DNA of 64,000 nt from Candidatus Cloacimonadales bacterium (lineage in GTDB: Bacteria > Cloacimonadota > Cloacimonadia > Cloacimonadales > JAIOQZ01). Of the stretch, positions 44,364-53,306 are shown one piece after another. The stretch's first letter is position 1. Each line of letters opens with the position of its first letter. A program made the translations under genes and the position numbers. The stretch lies in contig OY771587.1 in NCBI GenBank assembly GCA_963674825.1, forward strand, positions 352,001 to 416,000, in the 5' to 3' direction. The notes beneath the pieces were generated by a model. It saw nothing but the letters and a program-made list of their open reading frames with translations, had not been told where the DNA came from and did not search any database.

Positions 44364-46285
44364 AACGCATAGTACTGATCCTCTACGTGATTCTGACTGC
44401 ATGCCTCCTGCATACTGAATTCCCCATAGGCACCTACTCTTACATCAGAAGCGATTACGATGAAGAGTTGTTCTCTCTGATAGGAGAAGCAAACTACACC
44501 TTCCACGTCGCAGAAAACATGCCGGACAACAGCAATTCAGCAAAGACATTGCTTGATCGTTCCGGCAAATACGGCCTCAAAGTTCTGCTAATCGACCGTA
44601 AAGAACTATACAGCTACATGCAATCCAATTACCTCTGCCTGGAGCCCGAAATCCAGGACGACTGGTATGTGCTTGGTCAGGATACCGGATCCCCATTTGG
44701 CGAAAGCTGGGTATGCGATTCAGCTCGTGACGAAAAAGGATTCGTCTTTAAAAGACTGCGTTACCGGGGCAATGGCAAGGCCGTCGGGAAGATATTCCAG
44801 GTTGATGAGGACGACACCATCTATTTCAGACTGAGGCTTTCCTGGTCCGATGACGGATTAATCCATCCCGATAATTTCCAGCCGGTTACCGCCAACCTGT
44901 TTTGTTATTCCAACAACAGCAAGAAAAGGCAGATTTTGCGTGTATTCAACAACGCAAGCTTCACCAACCTCCTGGAGAAGAAATCGGGTAAAGGCTACTT
45001 CGAGCATACATTCTCCTGCCCTGTGTCCAGCATCCCGGCTGAATTCAAGCAGTCCTTCGATTACGGAGTGTTGCTCACGGGTCTCGATTTCCAGCTTCGA
45101 TGGAATGGTGGAGGACTTCTGCGAGTCGATAAACTGGAAATCTTCGATGGCGCTTATAAGAAGCTATTATACAACAGCAAATTCGAATCGACTCTCAGAA
45201 ACAGGAAGCTGCTCGCAGAAAACCCCTTTCTGATGGGATTCTACGCCAAGGACGAGCCCAACACTCCGCAGTTCGAAGGCCTCCGAGTCTTTAAAGAGAA
45301 GCTCGGGCGCGTTCCGATTCTCACCGCTAACTGGGTTCGCCAATACGAGGATTCGGACGGCAGCTATGAGCCCTGGGACGATTTTCTGGAAACCACTGAC
45401 TTCGATTACATTATGCCCGATATCTACCCGGTCAAGGCGAACGCTCGATGGAATACCAGTCCGGAATTCATGTCATGGCATATACAGGATCATATCGATT
45501 CCATGCTGGAGCTTTACCGCTTGAACAAGCAAAGTGCTGTGGATCACCATGCCAAGTTCTTCGCCGTGGTGCAGACAACCGGTTATTGGTATGGTAACGA
45601 CCTGAAGAAAGGCGAATGGACCGGTAGTCTCCTGCCACCACCTGAGATGATCAAATGTCTGCGTTATCTGCCATTATGCTACGGGGCAAATGGGATCATC
45701 GACTGGAAACTCCGGTCTTCCAAACGAAACCTCACCAACAAGGAATGGGATTACAGCTATCACCAGTCGCCTCTTGATGTCAGCAATAGAAAGACACCAC
45801 AGTACAAAGCCATTCAAGAGAGCAATGTCCGGATCCGTAAATACGGAGATATCCTGAACAAGCTGAAATGGCTTGGAGCACATCACGATCCCAAAGAAAT
45901 TGTACGGATTACATTTGAGCTGAGCAAAGTAAACGTAACCTCAGCAGAGCATTGCGCATATGACGGCTTTGTGGAAGTCGGGGTGTTTCAAGGCGCATCC
46001 CTCTATTTCATGATCGTAAATCGCCGTACGAATTTCCTCAAGCCGGATTTTGTCGATTTCAAAGGCGCATTGAAGGATGTGGGAGCAACCGGAAAGGATG
46101 TAGCCAATGCCTTCGAACCTGCACCAAATCAGATCCTGGAGCTACAATTCAACGATAGCTATAGCAAGAAATGGTATCTGGAAGAAACGATAAGTAAGGA
46201 GCGTATCTATCTGGATTCCAGCAACACAGCTCGCATTGACATCGAAGCCGGCGAAGGAAGGCTCTTCAAGCTTACGGCTGAATAA
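44360..46285 (+). CDS. Secreted hypothetical protein, possibly glycoside-hydrolase-like TIM barrel
   Basis: Signal peptide; FPIGTY, GFYAKDEP, DIYP and GANGIIDW motifs; GTGA overlap with the upstream gene. Confidence 0.6.
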   Translation: MKRIVLILYVILTACLLHTEFPIGTYSYIRSDYDEELFSLIGEANYTFHVAENMPDNSNSAKTLLDRSGKYGLKVLLIDRKELYSYMQSNYLCLEPEIQDDWYVLGQDTGSPFGESWVCDSARDEKGFVFKRLRYRGNGKAVGKIFQVDEDDTIYFRLRLSWSDDGLIHPDNFQPVTANLFCYSNNSKKRQILRVFNNASFTNLLEKKSGKGYFEHTFSCPVSSIPAEFKQSFDYGVLLTGLDFQLRWNGGGLLRVDKLEIFDGAYKKLLYNSKFESTLRNRKLLAENPFLMGFYAKDEPNTPQFEGLRVFKEKLGRVPILTANWVRQYEDSDGSYEPWDDFLETTDFDYIMPDIYPVKANARWNTSPEFMSWHIQDHIDSMLELYRLNKQSAVDHHAKFFAVVQTTGYWYGNDLKKGEWTGSLLPPPEMIKCLRYLPLCYGANGIIDWKLRSSKRNLTNKEWDYSYHQSPLDVSNRKTPQYKAIQESNVRIRKYGDILNKLKWLGAHHDPKEIVRITFELSKVNVTSAEHCAYDGFVEVGVFQGASLYFMIVNRRTNFLKPDFVDFKGALKDVGATGKDVANAFEPAPNQILELQFNDSYSKKWYLEETISKERIYLDSSNTARIDIEAGEGRLFKLTAE

Positions 46286-47033
46286 GATCCTGAGGAAAAA
46301 GTCCCAAGGCTCCCTTGAAAACATGCATATCCAGGATGAAAAGTAACGCGAACGGAACAAAGAACAGAATCGTCGTGATTCCGCTAGCAAAAAAAGACTT
46401 CAGAAAAGTACCGAAGCGTTTTCGCTGCGTCAGACTGATATAAAAATACATCGGCACGCCGATCATGACAATGAATGTCATGTAGGCATGAAACTTCGAC
46501 CAGTATAATGTCAACGTCACCAGTGAATTGAATAGATTCGCATGGCCAATGGCATACATATTCACAATGAGATGTTCTGAGAAATTGAGCTTCCACTCCC
46601 TGAAAAACCACTTCGTCATCAACGCGTAAATAGGTAGAGATATCAGGAACATCGCGTTCATATTACTGGTTGTCCACAGGTTTATGTTTCTTACAACACC
46701 ATCCACTTCGATCTTCGCCATGTTTGCGTTTTGTGGATCGATTATCACATTCAGAATCGACATCAGCGCGGTCGTCCAGAAAAGATAACGGAGTGGATCA
46801 TAGATTGGCTTACGACGTCCGTTCAGATACTGCTTGATAACACTTCCGGGCCTGGCGGTCAACTCCCTGATGATAAACATCATACCATGTTCGACGTCGA
46901 ATGTGTTCACCAGTTTCATTATAATAAGCGAAAACGTGAACCGCCTGGTCGATGCTTCCTGGCCGCATATCGGGCAAAAGTTGCCTTCGAAATGGTTTCC
47001 ACAATTGAGGCACGTTATAATCGGGTCATTCAT
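46272..47033 (-). CDS. DUF3667-type membrane protein with N-terminal zinc ribbon
   Basis: CLNCG...GNFCPICGQ and RPG...YLNGRRK..DPLRY motifs; several TM helices. Confidence 0.8.
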   Translation of the reverse strand: MNDPIITCLNCGNHFEGNFCPICGQEASTRRFTFSLIIMKLVNTFDVEHGMMFIIRELTARPGSVIKQYLNGRRKPIYDPLRYLFWTTALMSILNVIIDPQNANMAKIEVDGVVRNINLWTTSNMNAMFLISLPIYALMTKWFFREWKLNFSEHLIVNMYAIGHANLFNSLVTLTLYWSKFHAYMTFIVMIGVPMYFYISLTQRKRFGTFLKSFFASGITTILFFVPFALLFILDMHVFKGALGLFPQDLIQP

Positions 47034-47126
47034 CAAGAGCCACCAAGTTTTTTTTCAATAATGAAGTAAATTCGCGCTTGTCAATTCGTTTTTTTCAAAA
47101 ATCTTATTTTTATTGAACTCATTTGA

Positions 47127-47154
47127 TTGACAAATCTGACCTTCATGGTATTAT
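47127..47154 (+). promoter_or_regulatory. Sigma70 promoter candidate
   Basis: TTGACA-16bp-TATTAT with TG extension (TGG-TATTAT). Confidence 0.5.
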
Positions 47155-47201
47155 GAGGTGGTAAATTGGTGAGATATTTTTAAAAAATACAGGGAGGATC
47201 C

Positions 47202-49949
47202 ATGAAGGCTTTACGAGGGGCTTTTCTACTCTTTACAATCCTGCTTTGTCTGGTTTCAGCTATTTATGCCGATGAAGCACTATTCTATGTCAGCACGGCT
47301 GAAGGCGACACAATCTTCGCCGTATATCCCTCAGGTATCAAGGTTCGAAACGAGACTGGCGAAGACATCTTCATCGCAGACCGCGACAGCGTTCGTATTT
47401 ATGTGGATGAAGATGAATCGCGCACAAGTCGCGGCAGCTTCGCAATCGGTGGAATCGGCAGCGCAACACGCGAGCCGGCAACAGAATATTTCCGCGTATC
47501 ACCGGATAGTGTACGCGTTTACCTGAAAGAAAATAACAACCGAACCAGTCGCGGTGGGTTTGCGATTGGCGGTGTCGCCAGCGCAACACGTCCCGGGGGT
47601 AATAGCTTCTTCAACCTGGAGAACACAAACAACCCGGAGATAATCACTCCCAGCGAACCACGCCTGCTCTGGTATCCCTATAAAGAAGCGTTCCGGGTCG
47701 GCCATGTGCTGATCGATTCGCCTGACAGCGTGGGAACGAACTCACTCGCAACCGGTTACGAATCCAAGGCGATCGGTGACTATTCACAAGCACTCGGATA
47801 TCAAGCCAGAGCTCTTGCTGATTATTCTACTGCAATCGGCCTTCACGCCAATGCCCGTGGCGAAAGCTCTTTCGCATATGGCGACCTTGCTGAAGCCAAC
47901 GGCGACGGCTCATTCGCCTTCGGTTCCGTGGCGCGGGATACGCTCGGTAACGTTGTTTATGGCGCAACCGCGGCAAAAGCGGACGGTAATTACTCCTTCG
48001 CTTTGGGTATGGGAGCAAGAACTGGCGGCATCTGCTCGATGGCGATCGGATTCAATGCCAATGCCGAAACCGGAAACTCGCTCGCACTCGGTAGAAATAC
48101 TTCAGCTACCGGTAATAATTCTGTTGCGATCGGTTACGGCTCAGAAGCCAGTGCTTACAACGCAATGGCAGCCGGTTTTTATGCAGAGGCTTCAGGATCC
48201 TATTCAACCGCGCTTGGTTACCATGCAAGCGCTATCGGTGCGTACAGTCTCGCAATAGGACGCAATAACGAAGCAGAAGGTGAATTTAGTACTGCTATTG
48301 GTACATACAATCAGGCACTCGGTGATTACTCTGTCGCTCTGGGGCGTGACTCTGTCACTGGCGATTATGGCACCGCTTCCGGTTGCGATAATGAAGCTAC
48401 AGGCGATTACGGTGTTGCAATGGGTAGAAACAACATCGCCTCAGGTACGTACGCAGTGGCAATGGGCGGATACAGTCAGGCAACTGGCGACTATTCTACA
48501 GCATTCGGACGCAACGCTATCGCAAACGGTACCTACGCTGTAGCACTGGGTGGATTCGTTACCGCGGACTCGAGCTACTCTGTCGCGATGGGCCGTGACA
48601 GCGAAGCCAACAACGACTACGCTGTAGCTATCGGGTATTCCTGCGAATCGAACGGACTCTACGCAGTTTCACTCGGTTATAACAACACATCCAATGGACA
48701 ATACAGCTTCTCGACCGGCCAGACCTGCCAGTCAAACGGTTACTACTCTTTCGCAGCAGGTAGCAACAGCGTTGCCGCATCGAATGGTGCAATTGCAATT
48801 GGTGACGCCTGCCAAGCTCTCGACGCATGGACCATCGCTCTCGGTGATGACACCGTCGCAGATGGACAACATGCAGTCGCGATCGGTGATGGCGCTGAAG
48901 CAACATATTCCAATGCCGTCGCAATCGGTGAGGATGTGACAGCCGATGCACTGAACGGTTGGGCTTTGGGCCGAAGAGCATCGAATGGCGGATATTACGG
49001 TGGTTTCGTCTGGGGCGACCGCAGCTCTACTTCCATCGTCACCAACGATAAATACAACCAGTTCAAGGTCCGCGCAGCCGGTGGGTACGTATTCCATACC
49101 GATTCAGCACTCACTGAAGGGAAAACTGTCTATATCTCGGATTACGAAGGCGCATTAGGCCTTGGAACTTCGGATCCTCAACACAAACTTCACCTTGTTG
49201 ATACTGTTGAGATCAGCAATGGAACCGACGGCGCGTTCATCGATATAGAGAACACCTACGACACTTACGGTGCAATGGCGGGTATCCGCTTTAAAAACGG
49301 CATCCAGACCGACGTATTCAAAGGTGGTATCTTCTTCAACGACGCTACAACCTGGGGACGTGGAAACATGGTCTTTGCGCTGTCAAACACAACCGATGAA
49401 GTCGATGTCGATCGCGACGACGCCGATATGGTTATATACAGCAATGGTAACATCGGTATTGGAACACCAGAAAACACCAATCCCAACACAAAGCTCAGCG
49501 TGAATGGCTCAATCTGGCCCTACTCGGATAGCGGTGGAAACCTCGGAACCAGCACACGACGCTGGAACTATATCTATGCAGCCCACAGTACAATCCAGAC
49601 TTCGGATCGTCGCCTGAAAAAGGATATCAATGATCTTAACTACGGACTCGACGCAGTCATGAAACTTCGTCCGGTCCGCTTCAAATGGAAAGATAATGAA
49701 GACCAGAGCGATAACCTCGGCCTCATCGCGCAGGAAACACAGCAGGTTATCCCGGAAGTTGTCAACGTCGGCGACGACGAAGATCAAACCCTCGGGCTGA
49801 AATACGCCGAGTTGGTTCCCGTCCTCATCAAGGCAATCCAGGAACAACAACAGCAAATCGAAAAGACACAGCAGGAAGTGGAATTACTCAAGCAGCAGTT
49901 GGCAAAGGAAAAGAGTCGTAACAGCGAAAACGTCGCCAGCTCGAAATAA
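47202..49949 (+). CDS. Secreted trimeric fibre: YadA-head-like 14-aa repeats plus peptidase S74 intramolecular chaperone
   Basis: Signal peptide; many A.G.YS.A.G 14-residue repeats; TSDRRLKKDI, LGLIAQE and Y.ELVPVLIKAIQE motifs; coiled-coil end. Confidence 0.85.
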   Translation: MKALRGAFLLFTILLCLVSAIYADEALFYVSTAEGDTIFAVYPSGIKVRNETGEDIFIADRDSVRIYVDEDESRTSRGSFAIGGIGSATREPATEYFRVSPDSVRVYLKENNNRTSRGGFAIGGVASATRPGGNSFFNLENTNNPEIITPSEPRLLWYPYKEAFRVGHVLIDSPDSVGTNSLATGYESKAIGDYSQALGYQARALADYSTAIGLHANARGESSFAYGDLAEANGDGSFAFGSVARDTLGNVVYGATAAKADGNYSFALGMGARTGGICSMAIGFNANAETGNSLALGRNTSATGNNSVAIGYGSEASAYNAMAAGFYAEASGSYSTALGYHASAIGAYSLAIGRNNEAEGEFSTAIGTYNQALGDYSVALGRDSVTGDYGTASGCDNEATGDYGVAMGRNNIASGTYAVAMGGYSQATGDYSTAFGRNAIANGTYAVALGGFVTADSSYSVAMGRDSEANNDYAVAIGYSCESNGLYAVSLGYNNTSNGQYSFSTGQTCQSNGYYSFAAGSNSVAASNGAIAIGDACQALDAWTIALGDDTVADGQHAVAIGDGAEATYSNAVAIGEDVTADALNGWALGRRASNGGYYGGFVWGDRSSTSIVTNDKYNQFKVRAAGGYVFHTDSALTEGKTVYISDYEGALGLGTSDPQHKLHLVDTVEISNGTDGAFIDIENTYDTYGAMAGIRFKNGIQTDVFKGGIFFNDATTWGRGNMVFALSNTTDEVDVDRDDADMVIYSNGNIGIGTPENTNPNTKLSVNGSIWPYSDSGGNLGTSTRRWNYIYAAHSTIQTSDRRLKKDINDLNYGLDAVMKLRPVRFKWKDNEDQSDNLGLIAQETQQVIPEVVNVGDDEDQTLGLKYAELVPVLIKAIQEQQQQIEKTQQEVELLKQQLAKEKSRNSENVASSK

Positions 49950-49961
49950 GGGGATATCAAC

Positions 49962-52900
49962 ATGAGAATAAACCGTATCCTCTTGATGATGATCATCCTG
50001 CTATGGTCGTTTCTATTCGCCGATGTCCACATCACGGAAGGCGGCGTTGTGGGTACCGGCCAGCAAGGGCAGATTCATCTGAAACAAAACCTGCGCAACG
50101 ATGGGCAGTTTGTATATACCAGCAGCCATATCCGTTTCTTTGGAGATGGTGTCAGCAACGTGTTTGGCAATTCAGGTCTCTATGTCCGGCGATTGGTGCT
50201 GGACAAGGCATCCGATGGCTTCCTATACCTGATGGAACCCGTTGGTGTCGGAGATTCGCTTCTACTGAAATCTGGAACGATCGATTGCCCGGTGGGCGGA
50301 AGATCGGCTGTTTCGCTCCAGGCAGAAAGCAATAACTTGAAAGCTGCCGGATCAAAAGAAAACGCTGACCTGCAAGCCGCCAGTTCCATCGATAACGCTA
50401 AGAAAGAACTCCAATCCACTCGCAGTAAGAAATCATTCACAAGGATGATCGAACCCGTCTTCGAGTTCGAAGCCGCGAGCCGTGAATCGGCATTGCTACC
50501 GCTGAACGTTACCGAACGCGACGGCAGCCTGACGCTGGCAGATGGTGCGACCATACGCGCCTTTTCAGGTGGATTGGCACAGACCCCCATTTTGAATGGC
50601 AACTACAATATCATTTACGAGTACTCACGCACGACCAATGGTGAGTTGGTCTCAGACATGAATGCGCTTCGCGCTGTTACACTCGATATGTCGTACGGTA
50701 CGATAACCCTCGACAAGGATACCTGGATCAATCAATATCTCGACCTGAATACCAACTACATTGATACGGGTGACTTTACGCTGACAATGGGACCTACTGC
50801 TCCGGTTGTTGGCAGCCCGGATAATATTACCGGAACGATTGTCGGCGCGCCCATCTACGTTGGGAATAGCTCATACGTCAATTCGACGTTCCTTTATTAC
50901 ATCACTTCGGGCTCTTCTATCGGAAACCTCTATGGCTTGATGTTCACAGAACCGGAGACTCTGGGCACCACTGAATCGATCAACAGGCTATGGTATCTTG
51001 ATTCGGATATCTCGCCCTTCAGCAGAAACATGCAATTCGGCTGGACATCATCTGAAGATAACGGACTTGATCTGACCAATGTTCAGCTCTGGAACGCAAC
51101 CAACCGAAACTATTGGGTCGCGTTCGGCGAACCGGAAGACCTCAGCAGCAGCGGTACAATCCGTGCCATTGCGGCTTACGGCGTCAGCAGCCTGGGCTGG
51201 TGGACAGTCGGACATCCTCTGTTCAACGTATCCACAACAGCCATTAACCTGGGAAGTGTCGAAGTTGGTGAAAGCGCATATTCAAGCATTACGATCTCCA
51301 ACATCACTGAGAGCAACCAGTATGGCTATGTGATTACACCCGAGTGGATCGAGCCGAACATCTCGACTCGTACTCGTGACGCTGCCAGGCGCGAGCGTAG
51401 CGACAGCCGCGATGAAGACGACCAGAACCGGGCCTATGCCTACTACTCCATCCCACCGTCTTCTTCGATTCAGGTAACGCTGGTCAGCACACCGGAAGTT
51501 CCGGGCGCTTTCTACGAAGAGATTCTGGTTCGCTGCAACCAGACCGGGCATCCCACACGTGTCATCACGGTGACGGGAACAGCCGTCATGCCCGATATCG
51601 TGTTGTCCCCCACCGAATTCACTGCCTCTCAGGCAACGGATGAGGTAACGTCTCAGTCGCTTTCCATCCATAACGCTGGACAGATGCAGCTCGATTACTC
51701 AGTCAGTATCGGATCGAGTTCGTTGAGTGAAACATTCGACGGCGATTTTCCTCCGGAAGGCTGGACAACACAGATTTTGCAGCAATCCACAGCCTGGACG
51801 CAGTCAGCCGAGTACGGCCAGAACGATTCTTACTCTGCTGTGGCAGATTGGCACTATGTATATGATAGCAGGCTGATCACACCGCCGGTTACCATCATTG
51901 GGCCTACGGTTCTTTCATACTGGGTCCGCTCGCAGGACTTCCCGTATTACGGCGGAATGCTCGATGTGGAAGTTTCTACTGATGGCGAAACCTGGACAAG
52001 CATCGACTCCTATAACCAGGATACACTGACACAGCAATTTACTTATAAAACGCTCGATCTGACAGCCTATGGCGGATCGACAATCTACATAGCCTTCAGA
52101 GCCTACGAAAACTACTGGGCCGACGGTGTCTTCCTCGATGACGTACGAGTCATGAACACGTCGCCACCATCATGGCTCACAGTAAACGACAGCGATTCGT
52201 GGGAATCCAGTATCGCCGCCGGAGGAGCAGATCACGAGCTGACCATCTCATTCGATTCTTCCGGACTCGCAGATGGGACCTATTCCAGCGATCTGGTCAT
52301 TTCGAGCAATGATCCCTTTGAACCGAATATCACAATCCCGATAACGCTCAGTGTCGAGACACCTGCATGCCAGCTTTCGGCGAATGACATCAACTTCGGG
52401 ACGGTCATCCTTGGAGAGAGTGCGACGCGGCAGTTCACGATCTCGAATCCGGGGCACGCGCTGTTATGCGGAACGATGAGTACGCCAGCCGAATACGACC
52501 TGACGCTTGTCAGCACACGTTCCAGCGCGCATAGAGAGGATAGCGTTCAGTTTGAATCGCTAAACGACGGTACGACCCGCGAATCCATGCTCTTCTGCAT
52601 TGCCGCAGGCTCGTCGAAGCAATACCAGATCACCTTCACGCCCTCTGAAATAGGCGACTATGAGGACGTGCTAACTGTTGAGCACAATGCCCCGGGAACC
52701 CCGAATCATATCGGCCTCTGGGCTACAGCGATAACACTGCCAACCGTACAGACCATCGCAGTCGGCTCGATAAGCAATAACACAGCGGAAGTCACTGGTG
52801 TCGTTACGGCTAGTGGCGGAATTGCTGTCACATCACGCGGTGTGTGTTGGGATACGCAGGAACAACCCACTCTGGATGATAATTACACCGTAGAGGGTTA

Positions 52901-53306
52901 CGGAACCGGTACTTTTATCAGCACCCTGGCTGGCCTGCTGGAGGATACGGTTTACTATGCGAGAGCCTATGCAATTAACGCTGCCGGCACCAGCTATGGC
53001 ACCCAGCTTATCTTCCATACGCTCTCACTCGGACCTCCCTCGGCTCCAGAAGATGTGCAACTTGCTATTACTGAAACCGGCATCTTCCTGACATGGAGCG
53101 AGGTAAGCGATGCAGATATGTACTACATTTATCGCGTTGACGACCCTTCAATCTCGGATTGGGGTGAACCAGTCGGAAACACATTGGGAACAAGCTGGCT
53201 TGATACTGCCCCAATGCGCGACGGAATGGCCTTCTATCGTATAACGGCCGTACATAATGCGAGACCGGTGATTCTTCAGAGCAGTGGTCAATCAGTTCGA
53301 GAGTAG
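49962..53306 (+). CDS. Large secreted multidomain protein (Ig-like/ASH, cleaved-adhesin-like, FN3)
   Basis: Signal peptide; INFGTV..G Ig-like units; ETFDGDFPPEGW adhesin-like domain; SRGVCW...YYARAYAINAAGTSYG FN3-like domain. Confidence 0.75.
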   Translation: MRINRILLMMIILLWSFLFADVHITEGGVVGTGQQGQIHLKQNLRNDGQFVYTSSHIRFFGDGVSNVFGNSGLYVRRLVLDKASDGFLYLMEPVGVGDSLLLKSGTIDCPVGGRSAVSLQAESNNLKAAGSKENADLQAASSIDNAKKELQSTRSKKSFTRMIEPVFEFEAASRESALLPLNVTERDGSLTLADGATIRAFSGGLAQTPILNGNYNIIYEYSRTTNGELVSDMNALRAVTLDMSYGTITLDKDTWINQYLDLNTNYIDTGDFTLTMGPTAPVVGSPDNITGTIVGAPIYVGNSSYVNSTFLYYITSGSSIGNLYGLMFTEPETLGTTESINRLWYLDSDISPFSRNMQFGWTSSEDNGLDLTNVQLWNATNRNYWVAFGEPEDLSSSGTIRAIAAYGVSSLGWWTVGHPLFNVSTTAINLGSVEVGESAYSSITISNITESNQYGYVITPEWIEPNISTRTRDAARRERSDSRDEDDQNRAYAYYSIPPSSSIQVTLVSTPEVPGAFYEEILVRCNQTGHPTRVITVTGTAVMPDIVLSPTEFTASQATDEVTSQSLSIHNAGQMQLDYSVSIGSSSLSETFDGDFPPEGWTTQILQQSTAWTQSAEYGQNDSYSAVADWHYVYDSRLITPPVTIIGPTVLSYWVRSQDFPYYGGMLDVEVSTDGETWTSIDSYNQDTLTQQFTYKTLDLTAYGGSTIYIAFRAYENYWADGVFLDDVRVMNTSPPSWLTVNDSDSWESSIAAGGADHELTISFDSSGLADGTYSSDLVISSNDPFEPNITIPITLSVETPACQLSANDINFGTVILGESATRQFTISNPGHALLCGTMSTPAEYDLTLVSTRSSAHREDSVQFESLNDGTTRESMLFCIAAGSSKQYQITFTPSEIGDYEDVLTVEHNAPGTPNHIGLWATAITLPTVQTIAVGSISNNTAEVTGVVTASGGIAVTSRGVCWDTQEQPTLDDNYTVEGYGTGTFISTLAGLLEDTVYYARAYAINAAGTSYGTQLIFHTLSLGPPSAPEDVQLAITETGIFLTWSEVSDADMYYIYRVDDPSISDWGEPVGNTLGTSWLDTAPMRDGMAFYRITAVHNARPVILQSSGQSVRE

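Noticed and set aside
47202..49949. Tail fibre as evidence of a prophage
   Set aside because: It has a Sec signal peptide, and there are no integrase, capsid, terminase or other phage genes in the window.
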